A stretch of 64,000 bases of DNA from Camelus ferus (lineage: Eukaryota), in the NCBI RefSeq assembly GCF_009834535.1, contig NC_045696.1, forward strand, positions 16,184,001-16,248,000, read 5' to 3'. Below the pieces are notes generated by a model that did no database searches, was not told the origin of the DNA, and saw nothing but the letters and a program-made list of their open reading frames with translations. Shown here piece by piece: positions 1-12,557 of the stretch. The translations under genes and the position numbers were made by a program. Within the stretch, counting starts at the first letter, position 1; the number at the start of each line of letters is the position of its first letter.

Positions 1-2094
1 TATTCGGACTCATGAAAATTTTCACGTCAGAATCAAACAAATTTGCCTACTGGGGGTTCAACAATAAGATGGATTCTAATCACTCAGGCTCTTGAAGTTT
101 CAGTCAGTATATTTAGAATTGTAGGAATAACTTAATCAGGCTGAAAAGTAAACTGTTACAAAGCGACATAGAGGTCACCAACCATTTGCATTATTAATGG
201 ATTGAATGATTAGGCAGATAAATCAGCATTTATTTGAAATATTAAAGATAAGCCTATTTGGTAGATTTCAATATTACTGCTTTTTACTTTTCTTTTTTTT
301 TTTTTTTTTTTTTTTTACTGTTAGCATTAATTAAAGTGATCTGTTACAGGCCAAACTGTGTTTGTCTTCATACATTTTCCCTTCCTACTCTAGAATTGCA
401 AGATACGTCATTTTTAACTCAAATGAACTTTAATTGTGTATATATGCTTGCATCATACAGTGGAATTATGGTACTTTGGGGTTTTTTTTTTTTCCACAAT
501 ATCAGAATATGTAAGTCCTAGATTTCTATAAATAACTCTTTAGTTTAATTGGTTTGATTATTCAAGTGGTTACTTTCTCAACGTTTGTAAATTCAAACTC
601 ATACATGCCATGTAATGCAGTTTTATTTTACATGCTTTCCTATAGTTTGAGAATAGAAGAAAGTCAGTTATTAAAATGAAATAATAATAAAAAAGCTTTA
701 CAGCATGAAATTATTCTTTACTTAGTGCATTATTGAAATCTAATTGTTTGCACATCTGTCAACTGGGCTTTTTAAGAAGGCATTATAATAACTGTACTCT
801 TGAAAGTGGGGATTTTCTCCCCTTCCTGGTTGCGACTTTCACAGCTGTCTTCATGCTGATTTTTTTTTTTTTTTAGTGTAAAATAGCTTTCTAAGTTTGG
901 TTGACCACAAAATATTTTTGCTCCAATTTGACATCTATTCAGTTACTTTTTATAGTTAAGCACTGTATTTTGAACAGTGAACCGCATAATCATTTTATAT
1001 AATGCAGGAAGCTCTAACTTTGCTTCTATATTCTGTTTGTATAATACTGATTTTTAGATAATGGAATTTAGTGTTGAAACCAGCACAAATCTCAGCAAGG
1101 ACCTACCTTACAAAGACAGAAAATGCGTAAGGCTTGTTTTTTTAAGCACATCAACTTTTTCATTCTGCAGCATGTACACTAGCATTTTGGTTTATTAAAT
1201 GGTCTTTTGTCTCGAAGGGTGAATAGAGCTATTACAAAAGAAGTGATAAGCCTTCCCTGCCAGCAGAATTCAGCTAGATGAATATTAGGAAATCTATTTG
1301 TGATCTTAAAAGTTTAAGGATTAAATTGAATAAACAAAGATTATAGTTCTCTGGATGTGTGTGCCTATGTTTCTGTCTAACTTTAAACATTCATTTTGAA
1401 AATTATCTCTGCTTCGATTCTGGGCAGAATTTCTCCTTCGTTATTACACGTAACATTCATTTTGAATAGAAATGAAGGTGGATTGGAATTCAAAAATATA
1501 GAATTTAAAATGTGAATCTTTTCATTTATTATTTTAGATTTTGAGGAAAGAATGATGATAAGATAAAGGAGATGCATTTTTAATTTTCAGATGAATTCTG
1601 TTTGATGTTACAGTTATGTAAGGTCTCATTTTACAAGCTCTACATTTAGTGGATGATTCTATAAATAATTCCCCACTGAGTGATTATAGCAATTAAGAGA
1701 AAACACATTTTTTTCACTGAATTTTTTTCAGGGTTTTCCATAGATTAGTAAGGAAGAAGTTTCTCTGTTCAGAAAAATAATAATGTAAACATAAGCATTT
1801 AAAGTGTCCCTTGAGATTTTTTTTGTCTCTGAATCTAGTCTTGGCAGCTCTCAAATTATGTATTTCAAGACTTAATCCTTTAAAATTATTTTACTTTGTC
1901 AGAATCTTGATTGGATAGATTTCTTGGTAATTTCTCATTGCTAGAAAGGAATTTAAAGGAAAGGTTCTCAAACTGAAATGTGTAGTCGGGGCAATTAGTC
2001 TGAAATGATAAATGATTCAAGGAAAGAGACAAGATTAGAATTCTGAGGCAAACTGAACTACCAACATTCCTCTTAGATGTTTCTTAATGCGATG

Positions 2095-2252
2095 GGGTTT
2101 TTTTGTTTTTGTTCTTGTTTTTTTCACATTTTGGGGGGATAATTGTAGATTCATATGCAGTGAAAGAATTAATAGAACAATATCCTGGATAGTCTTCACC
2201 CAGTTTTCCCCCATTTATAGTAATATATCACAACTGTGAACTTGACATTGAT
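2095..2252 (-). mobile_element. Old L1 (L1M-type) 3' end fragment
   Basis: T-rich tail followed by gataattgtagattcatatgcagt...ttcacccagttttcccc...ttgacattgat, resembling the antisense of an L1MB-class 3' UTR. Confidence 0.6.
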
Positions 2253-3080
2253 CACTTAACACTTCTTCAGCCGAAGTATGTACTCCACCTTCTCTCTTTG
2301 GAGGGTCATTGGCCATCTCCTTTATACTTATTAATAAATATCTTGTGCAAAATCATTTGCATAATCCTTCCCCTGTCCTGACCCCATGTCTACCCTCAAC
2401 CTCTCCCAGACTAAGCAAAAGTTTTCTTTCCAATTACAGGGACAGTGTTTTTGTAATGATGAGGGTTAGAAACAAGGTCAGAGAGAGCAAACACTCGTGT
2501 GCCCGCCAGTAGAATGGGACTGTAGTTATAAGTGAGAGGTGAAGAATGATCCCCTGCACTCACGAGTCCCCCTGATACCAACTTTACTGCTCTAAGAAAT
2601 TGATATTCCAGGGACAGCCAGGAGGAGAGGGATGGGCAATGCCAGGTTGATGGTTGATTGGCGATGCTGGTAACTGGAGGGATTATAACAAGACACCCTT
2701 CCTCACCTGCCCACGCTTGCTCTGGTCCAGAGCGCCTGGAACACACTCGCGCCACGTCAGCAGATCGGAGGTTCCAAAGTGACAGAGGCATTCACACTCC
2801 TGTTCCTTGAGGCTCACACATGTCTAGTCGTCCATACATTACGCGTTTGGCACTAGATTACCATACACTATTATACCAACTCCTGACCAACTTATCTCAA
2901 ATATTCTCTGGTATGTGAGGACCATGGGGATGATTGCTGTTCCCCACCATATCCACACACCCCAAAGTCATGAAAATATTTGGGCCATTAAATTCGGGAG
3001 TACCAGTAGCCATGACATCAGGAAGAGCCAAAAAACACTCCAAGTGGAGATCGTCACTCTTTTCTTTGCCTTTTGGGGTT

Positions 3081-3110
3081 GATGGGTCAGGGGTCGATGG
3101 GTCAGGGGTC
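3081..3110. repeat. Perfect 15-bp tandem duplication (gatgggtcaggggtc)x2
   Basis: Read directly from the sequence. Confidence 0.95.
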
Positions 3111-5616
3111 TGAAAAACGGAAACCGCAACAGGAGTTGTTGGTTCATCGTGTCGTTTATTCTGTTTACTTAGTTAACATATAAATGGGATTTTGAGTCCT
3201 GGATGCTTTTTCTTGTTGATTAGGGCTCTACCAATTAACTAAGAAAGGGTTTCATAGCCATTGAGAATGAGGCAAAAGAAAAATAAAAATGAATGAAATA
3301 AAAAAATGAATGTTTCACTGTAGTATAGGAAAATGGCAATGTATTGTAAATGTTGTTTCATTTCTAGACTGGGAAGTTTCGCTTTTGCAGAAAGTGAGAA
3401 ACCATTCCTAGGTCACATACAAGGGCAGATATCTAGCATGTATTATCTCCTTTGAGATCCCATGACTTGCACCCACTTGAAATTACACCTACTTTTATTT
3501 AGTACGTTGGACATAGCAGAAAGATGCGTTCTGGCCCTGCAGAGCCGTGATGTAGCCTGTGGGCCTGTGGCAGGCAAGTAGCAGGGGACACGTGTTTGGT
3601 GCTGTAACAGGTGTGAAATGTGAGGAGCAGCATGAACGGTGGAGACACTGTGAGTTCCGCTGCCTGTGCTCCTGTGACTTACAGTCATGCCATGATGTGG
3701 AGGCTTCTGTGCCCCCCACGGTAGCAGAGGCCAGTTGCAACTTCAGTGCCAGCTCCAACCACAGGGTCGACTCAGAAGATACTGTTACCTGGAAGTCTTT
3801 GGAATTGGTACAGCTCAAGCAAGCGATTAAGAATGAGTATTGTTATGTGTCAGAAACGAGAAAGCACGTCACGTGGACGTGTACATACAGATTGGTGAGG
3901 GCTGTATGGAGAAGAAGGGAAAAGCCAACATGGAGACGTTTCTTACAGCTGAGAGAGAAGGTGACATCCAGGACTGGAGACGGCTGACGGCTGTGATTTG
4001 CAGGGACCCTTAGCTCTGCAGCCCCAAAGCTGCTTTGTGAGTAACTCAGAGATGATCAGACCCCTGACCCCCAACTGAAACTAACTTACCCTTTGTAAGT
4101 TCATTGGGGGATACATCACATTGCCAAGTGGATGAGATACTTGTGTCAACAGGTTGGCAGACTTTTATCATACAGAATTCCATGCAGAAAGCTAGTTAAA
4201 AACACATCATAGCTTGGCAAGCACGGACTTTCAAAATAACTGTACCGAATGAGATGACCTTGATGATGGATAACATTGACCTTGATGCTCCTGGAGCCAG
4301 ATTTTTCCATCCAAAGAGAACCAGAATCTTCCTAGACATCTGTTACACAGGACATTTCTCCTGCAGTGAGTTTGACACTTGCCTTCTGGGCTCGATGCTG
4401 ACTGTTCCTCTCCCTTCTCTGTTGACATCAGCTTGATGGCAGCAGCTTCTGGTTTTGCCATCACCACTACCTTGACTGGAAAGAGCAATGGGTGGTATGG
4501 ACAGCGAAGCGAAACAGCAGATCCCTTTCACGGCAGCACTGTGGATCTTTGTCTTTGAGTGATTGGTTAGGCTCAGTCTATTGAATATTCCTAGTAGGAA
4601 GCTCTGGGTTATGCATGGCTTTTATCTTTTAGAAGAAGGGTGCCTTCCCCTGGCACGTTAGTAAAAACTAAGAAGAAGCAAGACATCGGAATGTGTTGAG
4701 GCATCAGCAGGGCAGGGCACAAACAGAGTTGGAAAATTATTTTGACTTCTAACAAAAATGGGATATGCATGGGAGGTAGAGTGCTAATTCTAATCGCAAT
4801 AACTTGATGGATGGAATCAGAAAGGTGGCTACACTTTCAATCAGGGATTATGCAACTGATTTGGGGGAGGGTGGAAGGCACTTGACAGGTAAGCTGTGTT
4901 GTAATGGAAAATAATGTGATATGAATTTCCAAACTAGAGCTGTCTGACTGCATTTTATTTTTTGGAACATTTTTGTCCAAGGGACAGATAAATACACAAC
5001 TAAAACTCTGCCTTTAATAGGAGTTGATGTAATCAACTTTAAGTCACATTCACAGATACAGAATATTTTCAAATATAATCAGTGGACAGGCGGCTGTCTC
5101 TGAAAACTGGATCCCATTCAGAATATGTGCAACTACTTTACACTTTGAGTCAAGGCAGTCATTTATTCAGGACAACAGCAAAACGTTTTTGAGAGGCTAA
5201 ACTTTTTGCATTGTAACGAGACACAATCCTTTTACCTTTAAAGTGGATTTGAATTTATTTTAAAGGAGAAGCTTATTTTTTTATAGTGAAGAAACGTTTT
5301 GATGTGCGGACATCTTCAGGCATTTAATATTAATGGAACAGCAGCTAGAAGATCTGTTCACCTCTAGCTGGAATCCTTTTATTACTCCTAAGAGTGACAC
5401 TCATTAAACAGACGAGCAGGCACTGCTTTGTTTCAGAGGTAATTCTAAAGTCCTGGTAGATAATTGAATTCCTCAGTAAGCGTCTGGCAGATGCTAATAA
5501 AGCCAGCGCGGGTTACCGCTGGGAGGACTAAAGGGTAAGAAAAGTAAGCGTGGGTACTGAACAGCGAGCCGTACCTTCTCATGCTAAATGTGGTTCCCCA
5601 CATCTCCTCTGATTAG

Positions 5617-5784
5617 AGGTGTGCTCTGAACAAGCCGAGACCGGGCCATGCCGAGCAATGATCTCCCGCTGGTACTTTGATGTGACTGAAGGGAAGTGCG
5701 CCCCCTTCTTTTACGGCGGATGTGGCGGCAACCGAAACAACTTTGACACAGAGGAGTACTGCATGGCCGTGTGTGGCAGCGTCA
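5617..5784 (+). CDS. APP: APP exon 7, Kunitz protease inhibitor (KPI) domain; alternative cassette, 168 nt, phase 1-1
   Basis: ctgattag|AGGTGTGC...AGCGTCA|gtaagt. Encodes (E)[55 protein letters not shown] with six Kunitz cysteines and P1 Arg. Confidence 0.99.
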
Positions 5785-6636
5785 GTAAGTGGACCTCCCT
5801 CCAGCCTGGCCACCTTTCATCTTTCTTGCCACTGACTCTGCTCTTTGTAACAGACGGGTCTTCCTGGTTCTTGGGACTGGGTCTGTTGCTACCACTAACC
5901 ACGTTTCTGTCAGTTTCTCTAATTGCCGGGCATCTCCTCCAGTACGTTCCATCATGAGCACACATCTCCGTCTTTCTCTAATCAAGCATGGCCATGGGTG
6001 TGTTCTTTTACTAGCTGTGGTGCATACGTCTTGCGATCTCTAGGGACTTCTCTTTAAGACAAGCTGAAGCTGCTGTTTTGTCTTCCCAGCTGTTTCTGCA
6101 ATTGTGTACTTACGTGTTTGTCCGTGTACATATGTGTTGGGGTCTCTGCATGTGCACTCCATGTGCAAATGAGGGTTACCACCGGGAGCCTGGCGGATGG
6201 AGCTTTGGTTGCATTGGCAAGACATATTGCCATGATGGGTACCTTTAAGTCATCTCATAACTTGAGACGTTTATTGCGGTGGCAAGGGAATGAGACTGAG
6301 TCGAGCGCAGGCACTTCAGATGCCAGAAGGCAGAAATGCCCCAGTGACACCTGAGCACACTTGTGGACATTTGCAATGTCGAATTTTCATATCTTCTCTT
6401 GGAAATAGACAGTAAAAACTCCTGACTTAGCATTAGAAACCTTCAATGACATAGGTAGGGCTCAGGGGATATAATTTTCCAAGCCTTTTTCTCTTGCATT
6501 TTATTGTAGCTTGAGGGGATAAGTAAATGAAGTCATGATGACTTAAATGCAAGTTGAAACTATTTCCGCAGGTGGCTCTCCCAAGGTAACACACCAGACA
6601 TGCAGGACTTCTGAACAGCCTTCCACATTCAATCCC

Positions 6637-6662
6637 TTAGTTAGTTAGTTAGTTAGTTAGTT
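6637..6662. repeat. (TTAG)6 microsatellite in intron 7
   Basis: Read directly from the sequence. Confidence 0.95.
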
Positions 6663-8072
6663 CATGAAGAGGAAGTTTGAATTATGTAAGGAATAATTAC
6701 TCAACTTGATAAATTAAAGATTAAACTCCATAATGGTATGTTTCTCTTTTGAGAGACTCCTGCCTTTTTTCTTTTGTTCTCGTGAGGGTGACAGCCACCG
6801 TTTCCTGCCTAGGATTCCCAGGGATTACATAAATTGTGTTCCAGTGTGATCATAGGATTAAGGGAAACAACAAAGGACCCGCGCCATCAAGACCTTCTAT
6901 TGTGAAGCACAGTATCTGAGTGGAATCTACTGGAAAAATTCCTGTTGGTCTCTTGTGTAAGAGACGACTCCACATCTGTCCTGTGTGAGAGCAGGTGTAG
7001 GGACTGGTAACCCCAAGGGCTTCTTTTCTGGCTCTGATGGGATGATTGTGGCTTCCAGCTCAAAAGCCTCCTTTCTTCAGTTTCAAACAAAAAAGTTAAT
7101 TAGGTCAGGTAACAGGGAGCACAATGAGGGATTCTGTTTCCTGGAGTCTCTTGAACAAAGAGCTTTTGTTACAGTGATTCTAACTGGTTTCCCTGCGAGG
7201 AGAGATTTCCTGGCAGATTTCCAACTTTTTTCTCTCTTCCCTTGAGGTGGATTTATGTTTTGGAACATAAATATGTGTGTGTATATATATAAATATATAC
7301 ACATTTATATGGTAAGAAAGAGGGTTTGAAAAAATTATTAGCCATGATGAATTTGCCTCAAGAATTAAAATTATCCCCACCCAATAAAACCCTAATCTCA
7401 CCCCAGTGTACAACCTCTCCATTTGATTAGTTTGATTTGACCCAGACTGGGGGCGAGAGCCGTGGGCACCCCAGGTTAGAAGGGGTCTCGAGGTGCCCTG
7501 AATGCACACACTTTGCCGAGAGATCTGCAGAAGATGAATGCTCTCAACAAAGGTGTGATTGACAAGCAGTCAGTACTTAGTTTCAGGGGAGGTGGGTTAG
7601 AAAAGAATGTATCAAGACAGAAAACACAAGAGGATGAAGATCAGTTAGAAGACGGGACAGGTGTAAGTGGAGAGTAAAAACCTCAACAAACGGGGAGTTG
7701 AGGGCCAGGGCTGCCCTCCGAATGGGTGAAATAAATAGAGATGCCACGAAGAAGAGGTGGATGGGAACTGATGATGTTGGCACTGAGGAGGGAGAGAGGG
7801 GGCGAGAGATGCTTTCACAGGGACTGGACATACCATTAGACAGAATATCCAGCATTCTAAGATGTCTTTGTGGAAATATATCCTATGTTTTTGTGTTTAC
7901 TTGTGTTTTATACTGAAGCCCAAACTCAGGATGTTTGTTAAGTTTTGTTTTTAATTCAGTGTTTTTGTTTTTGTTTTTCCCTTTGGTCAGTAGAATTGTG
8001 TGAGTGATTTTCCGCCATCATGCCCATGTTTCTGTTTTTGTTTTTAGTTATGTTCTCTTATTTTCTCCATAG

Positions 8073-8129
8073 TGTCCCAAAGTTTACTCAAGACTACCCA
8101 GGAACCTCTTCCCCAAGATCCTGTTAAAC
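8073..8129 (+). CDS. APP: APP exon 8, OX-2-like segment; alternative cassette, 57 nt, phase 1-1 (absent from ORF track)
   Basis: ttttctccatag|TGTCCCAA...GTTAAAC|gtatgt. Encodes (M)SQSLLKTTQEPLPQDPVK(L). Confidence 0.98.
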
Positions 8130-10797
8130 GTATGTTGTAATTCACTCGAGGGAGGGGAGGAGGGAAGGAGGACGCTGCATGGCTGGATGGTGACTCCAGC
8201 ACCCTCACCTTCTCTGCATGGTTGTGTGTTTCTTGAACACCTGTCTTTTATAAAATGTTTATTTCCATTGCCTTGCTTCTAATTACATCTAATTTTGCCA
8301 GATAACTTCAAATGTCGGTCTCAGAGCTTTGACTAAGCTTCTTCTGTTTCTGACGAGTTACCTTTTTAGTTAATGTGTTCTATAAAACATTGTATGTACA
8401 ACATTACTTTTGTGTTTTATTTGGCATCATTATTTTATTTCCCAAAGCTCCCAAGATGCCACAATTTAACAAGAGTCCATGTGTATAAGTGACTTGTTTC
8501 CCAGAAAAATATTTAATATGCATGCATTGTACTAACTACAAACTAATACATATGCAGAGGCTTCAAGTATGCGTGTTTCAAGACAGCTGTTAATGCTTTA
8601 GGAAGTGAACGGTCACTTTTAGAATTCAAGACCGCACGCTAGAAGTGCCTGACTTCTGATTTCATCAAAATGTCGAGAAAGAGCTTCCTAGAAAGAAATG
8701 TAATATCAACCTACCTACAATGTCTGTGTTTTGTGATGATTTCGATTGGCCGGTCAGTCTAGCTTTGTTTAAAAATGTGGTGTCCAAAAACTCACACTGA
8801 TTTTTAAATTTAGATTATATCCAGAAACAGATTCATCCAGCATTAGGTTAGGGATGATACAGACCTATGGTTAGGAAGAGACACCATTTCAGTTGTAGCT
8901 TAGATATAATGAAAATTAGCATTTATTGATATTATCCTGAAAAAAAAAACTAGTCTCACAATTGATGACACCAATGATCTTTTCTTATAAAAGATAAGTC
9001 AGAGTAGGTAAAGCATAGCTAGTGGGTAGACACAGAAGAATTGGGAAGAACTGTAGGTTTTATGCTGTGGGATGGATAGTACATTGATCTGCATGGCGTG
9101 TTGCATTTTAAGAGGCATTTTTCGTAGATCATTTCTTTTGCTTAGGAATATTTTGTGGGCATTTGCCTCATTTTCTTTGTGCATGTGAGAAAACAAAGCT
9201 TAAAGGGCTCCGTGACTTGCCCCCTGCCATCACACAGGGCAGGACCAGATTTGACATCTTAATGATACTGTGGCTTTGCTCCTTGCCCCAAATGGTCAAC
9301 CATGTGGTTCTAACATTGTTTTCTAAGTTGCAAAAATTACATTTGAAGTTCAGAAGCACATTTTAAGAATACAGATAATATTGGAAAGCAGACGACAAAT
9401 ATTAAAAACATTTTTTCATAAATGCCATGAATATAGCTTGCATCAGTGAATTAAACGTCTTCCCCAGCCTTTTATCAAAACAATAATTATTTTTACTTTA
9501 AGTTGCATTCTATATCATTTGAAGCAGAGAATTGTCTTTTTCTATTTTTATTAATTACCAGGAATGAACAGCATCGTTTGATAAATTTATTTTCACGACA
9601 TGCTTGTGTCTTCATCTCTTCCAAACAGACACTGACAATCTCATACAATTTTCTCCTCCCCGGTGATTTTCTCCATCTATGTGTGGTGTGTTTGGGATCC
9701 TGACACCTTTCCCTTCTAAGAGGGTGAAGTGATTTTGGCAGCTGTGTTTTCTTGTCTACCTACAGAGACTATTCAACCACAGCAAGTGGCGGGGTTTGCA
9801 GGGCCAGGATGGGAGAAAGCATATAATTTCCTGTTATTTACAGCCTGTGCAGCTAGGCTGTCTTATTTATAGCAAAGCTGCACATCTGAATTGAGAAAGT
9901 CACGGTCATCTGGAGGTCAAATGCGGATAGCAGCCTGGAGTTGAGAAAATGAGCCAAACTGAGGAAGGTGAGCGAGCCCATTTGATTTGACAGCTGGCGC
10001 TTGCCCTTTGACTCCGTGCCCGACCTGGGGCAAATCGAAGGACTCCCCTTTCACAAAGTTGGGTGGTCTTACAGGTTTCTCAGTCTGAGTCGCGTCTGGT
10101 CAAATAATAAGTGTGACATGAGCTAGAAAATCTCTTCAGTTCAACTGGTGGTAAGATTGCACGTGTGGAGGAACTGTGTGATGGTTGACATTATAAATAC
10201 AATAATTTTCCTGTCAAGACTTCTTGTTATTATAGTTAGGCATTTTGAGATTTTAAATCTTTGTCATAAAAACTGATCTTGAACATTGCAGTTTTAAGGG
10301 ACACTTGATTTTTTTTTTTTTGGTTTTGTTGTCATTGATAAGAATCCAGGGATGGTAGTACAGATTTGAGGCTAAGAGTTTTCCTTTTACTCATAAACTT
10401 ATGGATTTGAATCCCTTTCCCATTTGGGATAAAGAATCTTCTGAGACCTGAGTTGCTTTCTAGGTGAATTTTGTGTCTGCCCATTCGGGTTTGGACAATG
10501 CAGAAGATTCACATTCAGTCAGCCCAGTGAAGCATTGTGAACAGTAAAATTACTACATAAATATTTATGGACTAGTTTATGTTTCAAACACAAGAATATT
10601 TTCTAGTGTTCTTCCCATCAGCTTCCATCTCAAAAGCCAAACAGACCGACACCTTAATGGCACTGCATCTCACGAAGGGCATCATGCCCATTCCTAGTCG
10701 GCTGACTGCACCAAGAGGTCTGGTCAAAGAGAATGACCAGTGACCCACCTTTGGCGCCTTCACCTGCAATCAGTTGTGGCACAAGCCACATCTGACC

Positions 10798-11008
10798 CAG
10801 GGTCTTTCGGTCTCAACACTCTGGACATTTGGGGCCGGAGAATTCATTGTTGCGGTGCCGTCCTGTGCATGGAGGACGTTAAACAGCATCTCTGGCCTCT
10901 GTCCATGAGATGCTAGTCGCACCATCCCCGCTGTGGCAACTAAAAATGTCTCTGGACTTTGCCACAGCCCCGGGGAAGACAGAACGACCACCTGTTGAGA
11001 ACGTCTGA
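10798..11008. mobile_element. MER20-like hAT-Charlie DNA transposon
   Basis: gacatttggggccggagaatt...cagcatctctggcctct...caactaaaaatgtctctggac...ttgagaac matches the recalled MER20 consensus. Confidence 0.85.
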
Positions 11009-12034
11009 TTTAGACATGGGATTCAGACATAGCCAGGCTGGTATGAACAGGTATCCTCTCCATCAACTGGAGGAGTTAAGAACCTTCAGTTCTCAACAGC
11101 TGTTTATGAAGCTCAATTGTTAGACCGCAGCCCTAGTGCTCAATATTTGCAAGTTAAGGGAGGAGGTACTGTTGCTTTTCTGACTCCGGTATTAGCTAGA
11201 GGTCTGAGAGTTTTTCTGCTCTAATGTAAGCACCGCTAGAGAATAAAGCAGCAAACAAAGCAGCAAGCCCCTGGGCTGGAAGTGCATGTTTACCTCCTCT
11301 GTCTGTTTCGTCTTAGTTTCAGAGAACCCCAGCATGTGCTAGAGAAGGGCCATCCGTTGAGAGGCCATGTAGCCTGGCTACGCAGGTCACTTGGCGTCTA
11401 AGATGCACTTTGGGGTCATGTTTATGGCCTTGGGCCTCTGCAAATGTGTAGGTCTGGCCTCATGCAGGATTGGGAAGGGGGTAAAGATTGATTTCACCTC
11501 ACATCAGAACGGCCCAGACAGAGTAGAATAGACTAATATACTTCCAGAGAGTATAAAAAGAATTGGAACACGTCAAATAAGGCCCAAACCACCACCACCA
11601 CGTTCTAAGATTGTTGCCTCGAAGCTCACTGTTTGCAAACCATGGACAATTCACTGTGTGGCCTTTGAATAGAATAAAAACTTTTATGAAACTGCCAAGC
11701 ATTATTAAAAACAATTAAAAGCATTAACAGTTGCAGTGGTGCATTAAATTACATGTCACATCAATGCCAATAAAATCTATTACATTGACAAGTATGAGAA
11801 GCCACATCTTTGGTATCCAGAAATGATCAGGATAAAAACAATGTTTTGTTTTATTGTTTTTTTTTTTCCACCAAGCTATCATAGTGTGAAACCCTGAGAT
11901 TGAAAAGAATTGATTTACTCAGCAAACCAGCGTTTAAAAAAAAAAGCTCATTTACTGAGAACAGTAAAAAATTTTCGTTACATATATGCTCTATTCTTTA
12001 GCTATTTCCAAAGAAGTGTAAGTAGATAGTTTAA

Positions 12035-12217
12035 CAAAACAGTTGGCAAAATTTTTCTGTAAAAGGCCAGTTGAGGTTTTTCAGGCCAAAAGATATCTGT
12101 GATAAGTACTTAACCCAGCAGCTGTAGTGTGAAAGCACCTTCAGACAATCGGTAAATGGATGGATACAGCCATGTTCCAATAAAACGTTATCTATTGGAC
12201 CAGCAGGCCAGCCCCTG
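12035..12217. mobile_element. MER58A-like hAT-Charlie DNA transposon
   Basis: ttggcaaaatttttctgtaaaaggccag...gctgtagtgtgaaagca...tgttccaataaaac matches the recalled MER58 consensus. Confidence 0.8.
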
Positions 12218-12509
12218 GTTAAATGAAGCTGGTACTTTTGAGCCCAGGATGTGCTAGCACTAAGCGAGATATTTCGAGGGACACCAGCAAAGTAAACCAA
12301 ATACCCTGCTTTCAATAACTTTCCAGTTTTATCGATGTGATGAGACTCAAGTAGGTACATTAAGTAACAATGTAAAATAAAATACACAAGTGTAGGGAAA
12401 GATTACTGTGTAAGGCCAGAGTAGGAAGAAATTGATTTTATCCTTAAGACCACGATAGAGGTTATCAGTTCCATCTGGCTTTTACTGCTACAATTTCTAT
12501 GCAAGTGGC

Positions 12510-12557
12510 CGATACTGAAGATTCTGACTTTTTCGATACTGAAGATTCTGACTTTTT
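12510..12557. repeat. Perfect 24-bp tandem duplication (cgatactgaagattctgacttttt)x2
   Basis: Read directly from the sequence. Confidence 0.97.

Noticed and set aside
3443..4531. Cluster of 60-142 aa ORFs in intron 6
   Set aside because: They overlap on both strands, have no recognisable domain and often use non-ATG starts, consistent with chance ORFs in moderately GC-rich DNA.
5785..5957. Extension of the KPI ORF past the exon 7 donor with a hydrophobic tail
   Set aside because: There is a strong gtaagt donor at 5785. The extension is intronic read-through with no evidence of retention.
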